Origin: Carcharhinus longimanus
Taxonomy: Eukaryota
Direction of reading: 5' to 3'
Assembly: GCA_030264375.1 (NCBI GenBank)
Contig: JASCQW010000099.1
Coordinates: 49,225,740 to 49,289,739 of the forward strand
Length of the DNA: 64,000 bases
Shown here: one piece after another, positions 1 through 11,859 of the stretch
How positions within the stretch are numbered: position 1 is the first letter of the stretch
Layout of the letters: every line of letters begins with the position of its first letter
Program-made: the position numbers and the translations under genes
The notes under the pieces: generated by a model
Seen by the model: the letters and a program-made list of their open reading frames with translations, nothing else
Database searches by the model: none
Told to the model about the DNA's origin: nothing

Positions 1-77
1 TGGGATTGTGTTCGGTGCAGACTCGATGGGCCGAAGGGCCTCTTTCTGCACTGTAGGGTTCTATGATCTATGATCTA
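1..77 (+). mobile_element. 3' tail of HE1-type V-SINE (CR1/HER1-type tail), cut by window edge
   Basis: ggtgcagactcgatgggccgaagggcc...ctgcactgtagggttctatgatctatgatcta matches the tails of the fuller copies at 44899-45211 and 51745-52060. Confidence 0.8.
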
Positions 78-1162
78 AAATAAGGAACTCAGGAGTAACC
101 CTTTTACCCAATGAGTGGTCAGAATGTGGAACTTGAAGTGAATGGCATAAGTGCATTTAAGAGAAAGCTTGTTAAATGCATGAGGAAAAAAGGAATAGAA
201 GATTATACTAAATGGATTAGATGAAGTAGTGTGGAAGGAGGCTGGTGTGGAGCATGAATATTGGCATTGACCCTGGTCAGCTAAATAGCCTGTTTCTGGG
301 CCATAAACTCTGTTTACTTCTATGATCTGTGTCTGACACATATTGAAAAAGTCTGGTTTCTTGTTATGCTTTATTTGCACTATTTTCTTTTTTGGTGTCA
401 GATTACGTTGATCTGTAGACGTTGGTTGTGATTCATAAAGTGTTATTTGTTCTGAATCATTGTACAAATATTGACATTGATAAATTACTCAGTTCTGACT
501 AATGTGAAAAAAATCCTATATAAACTTGAGAATCATTTAATTGTAATACGGGGCAGGATTTTTTAGATTGTGGGGTTTCTCACTCCACCTAAAGAGCGAT
601 AGGAAATGCATGCCCATTGCCTTGCAGCCACTTATTGCTCAGCATAATGTTAATCAGCTAAGGGCAAGATTGCCATCGCATCTGGGAAGGAAGTCCCCTC
701 TTTGAGAGCTCTGTAGTTCAGTAGTCTCAGTAGCTCCAGGTTCAGGTAGTAGTCACTGACTACTATCAGTCCCCAGAGAAGAGGAGCTAACAAGAGGCCA
801 GAAGTCCAGAGTATTGGCAGGGCCTGGCTGGCAGATCCCAGTGAATGGGGGTCTGTGCAGTGAGAGGGCGGGGTTTGAGAGGCTGGAGGAGGAGAGTTAA
901 ATTTGGATATGACTCTGTGGGACAGCTGCCTCTGATAGGCACCTCTTAAGGAGGTCACCTTCTCTTGCTCGACATCAACTTGTCCAGTAAAAGCTGCTGG
1001 GCTATCCACCTGATGTGATCCAGCCTCTGCTTCAAGTAAAATAGTGGCGGGGGCAGGATAAGGCACTTAAGGTACGCCAATGTCTAACATCTCCACCACC
1101 CTCCACCCCAGAAAATGGGAGATAGGTTAGGTGGGTGGATAGATGGTAAACAGGCCTTTTTA

Positions 1163-1461
1163 GGGCAGCACAATGACTCAATGGTTAGCACTGCTGCCTC
1201 ACAGCATCAGGGACCTGGGTTCGATTCCCAGCTTTGGACCACTGTCTGTGTGGAGTTTGCACATTCTCCCCGAGTCTGCGTGGATCCCCTCCAGGTGCTC
1301 TGGTTTCCTCCCACAGTCCAAAGATGTGCAGGTTAGGTGGATTGGCCATGCTAATTTGTCCTCATTGTACCTGGACAGGTGCTGGAATGTGGCGACTAGG
1401 GGATTTTCACAGTAACTTCATTGCGGTGTGAATGTAAACCTACTTACGACTAATAAATAAA
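1163..1461 (+). mobile_element. HE1-like V-SINE, tail type B
   Basis: tRNA-like head (tggttagcactgctgcctcacagc...gggttcgattccc), V-domain (tgtgtggagtttgcacattctcccc...ggtttcctcccacagtccaaaga), tail gtggcgactaggggattttcacagtaacttcattgc...aataaataa. Confidence 0.9.
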
Positions 1462-1729
1462 CAGTTACAGTTTATAAAAGCCCCACCCCCACTTTCAAAC
1501 CTACCAGAAGGGGAACACAAAATACCACCCATAGTTATTTAAGTCTTCCTTTTCCTACTGCAAGGAAATAGGAACCACATTAATTAAAAAAAATTGTGGC
1601 ATCCCAATAGGTCAATGAATTTATCCAATGAGTTACTGAGGTGAATGGAATAGAAGGGTCCCAGTTTCAATCTTTGTGTTGAAGCAGATGACCAAATCTG
1701 TGTCATAATAATGGATCATAGCCCCAAAT

Positions 1730-2706
1730 TACGTACCAGCATATTGACCTTTAAAATAAGATGTCTTTTTTTTTCCCGAAAGGACATATAAACCAAAACT
1801 GGCTGAGTTACTGCTTGCTGGAATTCCCATGTGGCTTATACTCAGTTCTGAGAGAGACAATGAAATATCAGATCTTCTCATAAGGTAGAGACATTTCAAT
1901 GGAAGAGGCAATGCAGAAACTGAACTGTAATCTCCCATGGAGTTAATGGAAGCTGGTGACCATTTCAACAGAAACTACTACCATCCTGTGAGTTTTATCC
2001 AGAGATGTTTATGGTTTTCCCCTTCCAGGAATACATAAGAAAAGGGGCTTAAAGTCAACTGCAACAGTCTGATGTTCTAGTTTCACTATACTAGTGTGTG
2101 CTATGAAGATCACAGCTGAAGGGCATGAACTTGGTACTCCTGCTGCTTTCAGGTAAAGACCCACTCTCTCTCTCTGATGGCAGGAAGCAGGTGAAGTTAG
2201 CAAAGCCACAGGTCAAAACGGAAACAGGACAACGCTCCTCAGCTAACATGTAGAACCAAGACTCTTCAAACCAATTGCTCAACTGCTGAAGTTAGGGCCA
2301 CCGGAATTACTGAATGATTGTAACGTTTCACCAGCTACTCCTCGTGGACAAGTCAAAGACTACTCTGCATATCCTTTTCAAACTTTTATTTTTGCACTTA
2401 CTTCTCATTTCTAATCTGTCCGTTCCATTTTATTATTTTCTTTTTCATTTTAGTAACCAATAAAATAACTCTTTCTTTAACCGATAAAAGCCTAGTTAAA
2501 TTGGCTCTTTTGAAAACATAAATACATTTATAATGGGAAAAGGTATTCACAAGGGAAAAGGTCCTTTTTGAATGAACCTTCTGGTACCAACTGAGGGCTT
2601 TGAATAAAAAATAAAGGAGCGTCAGTTCGTCCCTTCTCATCCAGGAGAATAATCATTTGGGAGTATCCTGTCTGGAGACATAAATTTGGGGACATTTTCC
2701 AGGATC
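1730..2706 (+). mobile_element. Probable LTR remnant followed by degenerate tRNA-Pro primer-binding site
   Basis: ~950 bp non-coding block with AATAAA signals, ending in ttggggacattttccaggat, which resembles PBS-Pro TGGGGGCTCGTCCGGGAT. Boundaries uncertain. Confidence 0.4.
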
Positions 2707-4646
2707 CATTCATATCTGTGATACATGCAATAGAATTGATCTCAGCTTAGCCTGAAGCAATGTAGCAGAGAATTCAGCTAGCTTTCCCTCTTATGAATGC
2801 TTTCTGTCAACTCAGTGGTTATTATGTGTATGATGGGTAAGGACAAGATTGGTTGCTTCTGATATTCAGAGCTGTTGTGTAGCCCACTGAAACACGTTTG
2901 AAGCCTGCATTCTCCATGCACGAGTTTGCCAGAGGGAGCTCAAAATCTGGCAAAAACAGGAAATTACATATCTTGCTGGCGAGATTGCTATTTTCCCCTG
3001 ATTTTAATAGATTTTAATAAATTTAAATATAATTACACACACTCCTCGCCAAATGATCTCCCCTCACTAAATTAAGCGTAAACCTGTCGAGGGGACACCT
3101 TTGGGGGTGCAAAAGGAAGCATAACCCCGCGGGAGAAGAATATGGACAGGCAGCGCCCTGGCAATACCCCCAGGCGCTGCTCCTTGCCACTGAAGTGCCA
3201 ACCCAGCAGTGGCAATCCAGCAGTGGTAAACTGTGCCAGGGGGCAATGGCAGGGGTGGGCCCTGGGGGACCCTCCTGTGCAGGAACTTATTTGTTTGTGG
3301 TGGGGGGAGGGGAGCGGACACCGAGGGTGATGGGGTCGCCGGGATGATGGGAGGGATGGAGATGTTGAGGGTATTCGTAGAGGGAGGCCCCAGGTACCTC
3401 TCTAGTGGCAGGGGTGGGGAGGGGNNNNNNNNNNNNNNNNNNNGTAGTAGGTGGGGGGGGTGCTGGGATGAATCATTTCTTATTTGTGATTGGAATGCCC
3501 TTTAAAAGGAGAGACCCTACCTGCAACAGAGTGATGCTGCATGCCATGCCCACTTGTTTTCTTTTGCTTTCAAAGTGTCACAATCTGGAGAGAAAATGGA
3601 GGGGTGGTGTTGGAGAGCTTCACACCAGCTTTCCCGTCAGAACTGACACTTTAACACATTCTCGTTCAGATTCCGCCCATAGTCGTGGTTCACAAATGAA
3701 TGATGGGAAACATGTGTAAAGTACTTGAGCTGCAAGTGAAATTATACCTGAGATGGTGTTAACTTCTCCTGGAGAGGTAATGAATGTGAGGTAGATAACA
3801 GCAAATGAAAATAAAACATTTGAAAATAATTAATCCTCACACTTTGATTTGCTGAAAGTGAATATCCTCCTACAGAGTCTAGAATTGAGAATCTTGCTCC
3901 CAAAGCAGTGTTACTTTTCCGTTCCTCAGTCCAGTGCCAATAACCTACCATGCAAATAACTGTTCCTCTTAATGTGTTTCCTTCATTTTCAGACCTTTTA
4001 GTCATTAAACGGATGATACAATGCAGGCCCTCGGTGGGGTATTTGGAAAGTCACGGTACAACGTGTTGATGAAAGACACCAAAAATGGTGACTAATAAGT
4101 ATCAGTTTAAGACTATTTTTACAGTTTGATCAAAATATTTTTCATGCGTGAGTCTTGTTGGCATTCGTTTCTTGTGTCTGAATGTGCTGGTGGACGAGTG
4201 CATTGATGTGGTGACCACAAGAACCAATATTAAAGTATTGAACTGTTCCCCTCATCCTTCAGTCATTATATTGGACTTTTCACACAACTCAGTCTGCAAA
4301 CCAACCTCCTACCAACAGCTGATTCATCATAAAAACTTGGTTCCTTTTTTAAAAATTCAGATGGATTTGGTGATTCATTTTCCAAAGTGTCCCACTTCTA
4401 TTAACTCAAAGGAAAGCTATGGGGTGGTTGCAAATGTTTCCTGTTGACTAATTTAATGAAAAAAATAATTATTTTAAAATTCTTATTCCAAGCATCAGAC
4501 TTCAGGGTTTGTTCAGATTCATATGCTCACTTTATTATTTGTAACTCAGTTACATAATTCCATTCCGTAACTAGTAGTAATAACCAGTAAATGAAAAATG
4601 TAGGTAACAGTTAATGTACTTAAAGCTTCCAATATGAATGAGCAGG

Positions 4647-4782
4647 TAAAAAGCAAATTACTGTGGATACTGCAATCTGAAACCAAAAAAGAAAACCAAA
4701 AGAGAAAAGAGCAGGTCTGGCAGCATCTGGAAGGAGAGAAAAGAGCTGACGTTTTGAATCCAGATGACCCTTTGACAAAGCA
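4647..4782 (-). mobile_element. Penelope-like terminal fragment (family 2) with decayed hammerhead motif
   Basis: aaaagcaaattactgtggatactgcaatctgaa...gcaggtctggcagcatctg...gctgacgttttgaatccagatgaccctttgacaaagc; reverse complement resembles 50525-50630. Confidence 0.6.
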
Positions 4783-6979
4783 GGATATGAATAGGTGATA
4801 TCTGTGATACTGAACTGTACAGGTAAGTGTGCCTCTGGTTCAGTCCCTAGTGTTAAACTGAGTTAGTTCAGCTTTGCAGTATGAGGTCTTGGTGTCTGAG
4901 GATAATGAGAATTAAAGTCAGCAGAATTTTCCATTCTGGATCACCATTTCCAAAATGTCTGTTTTAATGTATTGGGCAGAATCTTACCAAAAAATGGCAA
5001 AATGTCAGGATATGATTGAAAAGTGGTATGTTTCTCTCAAGAGAAACAGGCAGCTTTTCTCCCCAGATCTTATGATATTTTGCCAAAAAATGCAGGGAGG
5101 TTTGTTTCAAGCTGTCATTTTGAGGGGCGGGCCCTAAAGATGGCAGTAAAGTTGGCTGGTGCTCTGATCAATATCAACCAATGCTTGTCTCCCTGCAGCA
5201 GTTATCTGACCTGCTGGGTATTTCCAGCAGTATCTGTTTTTATTGCACATTTCCAGGAGGTGTACTATTTTACCCTTGCACTAACAATACAATCCTTTTG
5301 AAGGAGGGAGTTTTACAGTTGTTTTACTGTATATTTTGTAATTGTGCAAGAAATGTAGTTTTGGGGTGTTTTGTAGTTGTGAATGGTACGGAGTTTTAGA
5401 GAGCTTTCTTTTTTTTGCTTGATGTTGGAATTGTTTTGTGGATTACATAATGAACATTTTGAGACATGTTATGACTGTTACTGATTATTGTTTCTGCTAT
5501 GGTGTGTTGTTCTGTATTGGATAACTTACTATTGTTGTGAGCACTAAACATTATGCACATAGTTTGCAATTATAAAAAAAAAGTATTTTAGTAGGTCTTT
5601 ACTGAATGCCAGAAGTGAAACAGCTTGGCACACAAACGCATTTCCTGCCTTAGGAACTTGCAGACAGTGGTGCTGTCTGGAACTCTCTTGCATGCAGAAG
5701 TTCTAATGAAAAAGTAACCATTATTTGCTAAACCAAGATTTAGTGACATGCACTGGATTGTGCGCAATCTCTGACTTGTTTGTTGGTACCTCATACTAAT
5801 TCTCCATGTCTCTCTGTGGTCTCAACAACGATCCAAATTGGAGAATTTATTTCCCCAGTTTCTAACTGTCTCCAGCTGTGCCTGTTTTGTGAAATGTGGA
5901 AGCCTGCATGAAAACAACTTGAAGATGAGATTCTCGTTCCCCGTGTATGACTATGTAATAAAACTGGGGACAACAACTGATTTATGTTGGCTAGGTGTGA
6001 GACTGACCAGGCCTATTTAATATGTCAGATTATCCTGTGTACTAATCCTAAAAGCCCCGAATCTAGTGACTATATATGAAATGCTGGTTTCACAAATGGG
6101 AGTTCTTAGTAAATGATTTTGTTAAAAAATTAGCTCTGCTCAGGCTCAGTTCCATCAATGACACACAAAAGTGGGCTGAGTCTTTTACTCACATGGGAGC
6201 TAACTTACCCTCCCAGATATCGACTTATACAACAGTGAAAACTAAAGGTGTAAAAACGAAACCTGGTCATGATGTGGATTGAATTTTCTTCAATTCCTCT
6301 GGAGGTCGACTGACACAATATTGGATCATTTGAGATTTGGCTCAACTCATTTATCTGCTTTATTGCAGTAAGGCATATGAGCAAATTATCAAATCCACTT
6401 AATTCAAATCAAAGAGGTCAAGCGTTAGATCAAGCCCAGGATGGGGTGCAATGTCTTGTTTTGTCAGCTTGGATCTTGTTTGTCTTTCTTGTGGGGACCA
6501 TGAATTGGATTCAGTGTGGGTTTGTTTTTTGGAGCAGACAAGGAGATGGATTTGGGTCTGCCTCAACCATTCTGCGCATTGGCTTAGTTGCTTTGAGAAT
6601 ACAGTCATTTTTTTTGTAAAAACAACTTTTCTCTGAGTGATCACATGAAAATAATGAACATGCTCCACCACACCGCCTCAGTTGCTTGTCTTAATTAATT
6701 TAAACAAATATCACCTCCAAACCCAGATGCAGAACGTCCTGATCCAGCAGTCGCTTACCTTTTGCAGCTTTTTATTCTCTGACAGCCTGTTTAAGCATTT
6801 TTTGCAAACTTTTTCTTTGCCAAAATATCTGTCTGAATTACCCATGTAAGCTAACACATTCCTTAATGTTTAGACATTGGGAGAAACATTTTCGGATTAT
6901 TATACACCACCTTTCACTTGACTTCTAATTTGTGTCCCATGGATTAATGATGATAAGTGAAGCAGCATCAACGACCAAC

Positions 6980-7840
6980 AACAACATACATTTATATAGC
7001 ACCTTTAAAGTAATGTGGTGCTCCAAGGTACTTCACACTGAGTCATATAAGGAAATATTGGGACACAAACCTTCGCACAAGAAGTAGGTTTTAAAGTCTT
7101 AAAGGAGGAGAGCAACATAGGGAAGCAGAGAAGTGTAGGAGTGGCATTAAAGCTTGGGGTCTTGGTAGCTGAAGGAGTGGCCACTAATGGTAGAATAGTT
7201 AAAACTGGGTTGCGCAAGAGGTTAAAATTAACAGAGTGCAGATATCTTGGATAGCTATAGGGCTGGAGGAGATTACAGAGATAGGGAGGTTATGGAGGGA
7301 TTTTAAAACAAGGATCAGGATTTTAGAATCAGGATGTTCCTTGACCAGGAGCCAACGTAAGTCAGTGAGTGCAGGGCTGGTAGGGAAATGAGACTTCCTG
7401 CAGATTAAAGAACAGATAGCAGAATTTTGGGTGATCTCAGGTTTATGGAGGGCAGAATGTGGGGAACCATCCAGGAGTGCTATGGAATAGTTGAGTCTAG
7501 AGGTAATGAAGATGAGAATGTGCATTTCAGCAGATGAGCTATGGGATGAAATTGGATGATGTTACAGACAGCCTTTGTAGAGGCACAAATATGAGGGCAG
7601 AAATTCATCTTCAGATCAAATGTGACAGCAAGATTGTGAACAGACTGGTTTAATCTCAAACTGTTGGTAAGGAGAGGGCTGGAATCAGTAGCTAGAGAAT
7701 GCAGTTTGAACCAGGGAGCAAAAACAATTGCTTCAGTCTTCCCAATATTTCATTGGAGGAAATTTCTGCTCATCCAGCACTAAATGTCAAAAAAGCAGCT
7801 TGATAATTTAGCACCACAGAAGTAGTCGGGAGAGATGGTG
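6980..7840 (-). mobile_element. L2 LINE 3' fragment
   Basis: ORF 7199-7525 reads FITSRLNYSIALL..QNSA..SPALTDLRWLLV..KILILVLKSLH, typical of the L2 ORF2 C-terminus; L2-type tail (ggtgctatataaatg on the - strand) near 6990. Confidence 0.8.
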
Positions 7841-8586
7841 GACATGACCTTACCTGCTGCTCATACTACACTCCCGCTGCACTGAGGTCGGAGAATTTGG
7901 TGGCCAGCCAAATCTCCATCCAATGCAGTGGGATGGGAAATCCTGCTGGCATGAACAGTGATGAAAATTCAGCCCTTGTGCGGTAGACTGGGTGTGAAAA
8001 TTAACACTTGTGCCTTAAGATAATATTGCTGAGGGACAGCAAGCAGATGAGAAGCAGGAACCTTTTAAAGCACGTCCCAACTTAAAGCAAATTTTAAGAT
8101 ATTTACTGTGCAAAACTGATTAAGCAATCTTGAAATGTAACAACCCTGTTGCCTCATGTAATAGCAACAAACTATTATTAAAATTAATCCAATCGCAGCT
8201 ATTTGTTTACAAACTTGAATTTAGGTGATTGCCATTCCTGCAATCTTGGTGATATAAATAATGAATATCATATGATTATATAGTTTTCGGTTCACAATGT
8301 AATACTACACTGGAGGAAATACAAGTCTTTTTTTGTCAAATCTATTCACAGTTAATCATATTGATAACCTGATCTCTTTATGCCCACTGTAAAACAAATA
8401 CATTATGTTGGGAAGTCCCTCCTTCAGTCAATTTTCATGGAACTTTATTTTTCAAAAAAATCCCACTGGGAAATTTTGCTATTGAAGTTATTAGAAATAT
8501 CTCTGATATATCAGTAGCTCTAATACACTAGGAATAATGCAAAGTATGATGGAAAATATAAATGAAAAAATATATTTAAAAACTCT

Positions 8587-8968
8587 GTGACCAGTCTGAA
8601 CGAGTACATCACTACAGTAACTGACTTCATTAGTAAGTGTGTAGAAGACTGTGTGCCAAAGAAGCAAATCTGTGTGCTCCCCAACTGGAAACCATGGATG
8701 AACAGGGATCACTGCTTGCTGAAGTCTACGTCTGAGGCATTCAAGTCAGGTAACACTGACCTACACAAGAAAGCCAGATATGATCTAAGGAGATCCATCA
8801 ATGATGCCAAAAGACAATACCGGACCAAGCTAGAGTCCCAGGCTAGCCACACTGACCCCCGCCAATGACGGCAAGGTCTGCAAGACATAACAGGCTACAA
8901 GATGAAGGCATGTAAAATTGCTGGCTCCAACGCACCCCTCCCTGATGAGCTCAATGCATTCTACACAT
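8587..8968 (+). mobile_element. Rex1/Babar LINE internal fragment
   Basis: Translates to EYITTVTDFISKCVEDCVPKK..PNWKPWMN..AFKSG..KKARYDLRRSI..AKRQYRTKLE, the Rex1 endonuclease-RT linker; frameshift and stop present. Confidence 0.85.
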
Positions 8969-9659
8969 TTAAAGAAGGTTGGAGACTGTGCTAGATGTAG
9001 CTAGGCAAGATCTCCTGAAAAAAGTGCTCTGTGAATAAGTGAAGTGAGCAGCTTTCGCTCACCCCAGAGAAGTAACTGATTGTTCTGGAAAGCACGATTT
9101 TGTTTCAAAGTCTTGAATTTCCACAGGCAAGTGGATGAGAACCAGAAATCCTTTGAAATACCTCCCCAACAGCAACAGTGGGTTGTGCCTTGTGATAATA
9201 TCACATTAATTTCCATATATTTAGTATCTATAGTACTGTTGTTTACAGGACTGTTTATCTAAAGTAAGAATCATTTGAGGGAACATTCTGTAGGACTAAT
9301 TTTAACTGCATAAATTTAATCTTGTGTGTTTAAGCTTGCTTTTCTTTTGTTAATAAATGTCTTAATTTAATGCTTTCAGACCAATTTTCCAGCATTTTTT
9401 GTTTGTGAGAAAGTTCACTTCATTAACTGATTACCAAGCCCTTACAAATTTGTTTCAAAGAACAGAGTATAAGGGCACATGGGGTAGCATTCATACATCT
9501 GAGCCAGAAGCTCTGGGTTCAAAACCCACTCCAGGTCTAGGTGGCCAAAGAAGGCACAGTCATAATGTGACCAAACAAGTTAAATATCAACTTTTAATTC
9601 CTTTCCAACATAATTCTACGTCAGGCGGTAAGGGGAAAGGGAAACATTCCTGTGATTTT

Positions 9660-9919
9660 AAGTTGATTTATTCGTCACAAGTATGGCTTACATTAACACT
9701 GCAATGAAGTTACTGTGAAATTCCCCTAGTCGCCACACTATGGCACCTGTTCGGGTCAATGCACCTAACCAGCACATTTTTCAGACTGTGGGAGGAAACC
9801 CATGCAGACACAGAGAGAATGTGCAAAATCCACACAGGAAGTGACCAAAGCCTGGAATCGAACCCGAGTCCCTGGCGCTGTGAGGCAGCAATGCTAACCA
9901 CTGTGCTACCGTGCCACCC
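9660..9919 (-). mobile_element. HE1-like V-SINE, tail type B
   Basis: Reverse complement of the 1163-1461 element (cttacattaacactgcaatgaagttactgtgaaattcccctagtcgccac...gctaaccactgtgctaccgtgccaccc). Confidence 0.9.
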
Positions 9920-10515
9920 ATAAGTCGTGTGATGAAAAGAAATTGGAATCTATATCATTACCATCCATAGCTTCAAACTACAACATGCATGTGCAGATGC
10001 ACGTTCCCACAGCAAGCCAAACTTCTTTCGGTAGGGGTGATGGGACTTTGTAAATGTATTCTCTAAAGTCATCCCATACTCATTCATCTTTAGCCACTAA
10101 ATTATCAGTGAATTACACAAATGACATGCCGGTTTCTGCCAGTGAAATTAGTGAAGAAACTCACCAGGATGTGGTGTTCAGTAACATCAATTACATCCTG
10201 AATAGTTGGCCTAAAGAGTGTGAAGATGAGAAATTGTAGGAATATTTCACATGTGGAAATGAACTAAATGTTGATTAAGGCTGTCTCCTATGGAGTTTAG
10301 GAGTCATTGCTATATCATGATTTAGAGAGAAATTGTTCGAGAAATTTTAGAAGATTTCATGGGGCTGGTCTGCATGGAAGCAGAAGTAAGAAGCAATTTT
10401 TGGCATCTAAATGTATATAATAACACTGAAGAGTTGGTGAAGAAATATCAAGTATGTCACGAATGTCAAAGGATCTAACCAAGGTTGCTTTCATTCCATG
10501 GTCAATTACAAGAAA

Positions 10516-10770
10516 GTACAGGAAGAAGTCTCACAACACCAGGTTAAAGTCAAACAGGTTTATTTGGTAACAAGCTTTCAGAGCGCTGCTTCTTTGTCAG
10601 GGAGTTCTAATCACAAACAGAGCATATAAAGGCACACACTCTGATGAAGGAGCAGTGCTCTGAAAGCTAGTGGCATTTGTTACCAAATAAACCTGTTGGA
10701 CTTTAACCTGGTGTTGTGAGACTTCTTAATGTGTTTACCGTAGTCCAACACCGACATCTCCACATCACAG
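10516..10770. mobile_element. Palindromic Penelope-end mini-element (family 1) inserted in the Gypsy integrase
   Basis: Left arm aagaagtctcacaacaccaggttaaagtcaaacaggtttatttggtaaca is the inverse of right arm tgttaccaaataaacctgttggactttaacctggtgttgtgagacttctt; ends atctccacatca; flanking direct repeat ACAAGAAA at 10508-10515 and 10773-10780. Confidence 0.8.
10641..10672 (+). ncRNA. Minimal hammerhead ribozyme-like core (stem I imperfect)
   Basis: CTGATGA-A-GGAGC-AGT-GCTCT-GAA-AGCT-A-GTG: conserved boxes, 5 bp stem II, palindromic AGCT stem III. Confidence 0.55.
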
Positions 10771-11859
10771 TCACAAGAAAACCATGGGAGCAAGCATATG
10801 TTGATTTCTTTGAAGTGGAAAGGAAATAATATTTTGTTTTGGTTGATAGCTATAGTCTATGCCAATACCACAAGTGCCAAAACTATTGAGGTATTGAAAA
10901 GTTGGTTTGCAATTTGAGTCGGCAGAAGTGTTGATGTCAGCTACTGGTTCATAGCTTACATCTGAAGAGTTTGAAATATGTCTGTGTAAGGATGGAGTCA
11001 AATACATTCTAAGACCACCATATCAGGAGCAATGAATGGTGCTGCAGAAAGAACTATACATATTGTGATATCTTCTGCAGACATATGTGCTCAGAGACAA
11101 GCTGGACAGTAACTTCCATGTTTCTCTTTTACACAGGCTGGACAATTGTCTAGTTCTCTTGCAGAAACAGTCCTACAACAGGTTGCTCACCTTATGAGTT
11201 TGGGTTTAAAGGTCCTCCTAGGGCAAGAATTAGTTTGCCAGAGTCTGACATCAATAGTGAAGTAAAAGAAAAGCAAGACAAAGTAAAGACGAGTCATGAT
11301 AAATTAGACTTGAATCTTAGAGTACTGGTCAGAAGATCATAGTTAAAAGCCGCTGAGATCATAAAAAGAAGTATGTGATTGGGTTTGTCGTAAAGAGCCA
11401 CAATGCGTTCACGTATCTAGTGAGAGAGAGAGTGCCACGTTAGTCATTTGCTTGAAAGGGAATGCATGATAAACCTCTGATCCAAATTCCTTCCACAGTC
11501 CCCATTTCCCATATCACACAATTTACTCTATCAATGGATTCTACTAAGACAAATAAATCAAAGTTACAGAACCATTAAGTAGAGTTGGTAGTCAGGATCA
11601 AAGTTTGAGTTTGACACAGGCAGAAGTGTTAACAAAGCAGAGTCAAGCTAATGGATATGGAAGGAGATACCCAGAGGGGAAAAAGCCAGATTGTTTAACT
11701 GTAAGTATGAAGCAGAAAGAAATCACTCTCTTCATTATCTGCTGTCAAATTATGATATTTTTGACTAGCTCATGCCGGGTGAAATTTTTTTACATGTAAA
11801 TTATCCTGGAAAGAATGATCTTACATGTTTTCATTCTGATTATAATGCCTGTTTCTGCT

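Larger units (their letters stand above)
10090..11720 (+). mobile_element. Decayed Ty3/Gypsy integrase region
   Basis: Broken reading gives a zinc-finger-like segment (VRSNFW..EELVKKYQVCHECQ), PWEQAYVDF, YFVLVDSYS, TSEEF, GVKYI.RPPY, NGAAER and C-terminal RRYP..KKPD.L; many stops and frameshifts. Confidence 0.8.

Noticed and set aside
1163-1230. tRNA-like A and B boxes here and in the other SINE heads
   Set aside because: They are SINE heads without a full cloverleaf, not tRNA genes.
3230-3470. G-rich tracts with G-quadruplex potential (also ~30660-30760 and ~59900)
   Set aside because: They lie in decayed repeat-like or gap-adjacent sequence with no functional context.
6160-6340. Possible ancient conserved repeat (also ~32500-32600)
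   Set aside because: Only a vague resemblance to old SINE-like repeats; cannot be assigned without a profile search.
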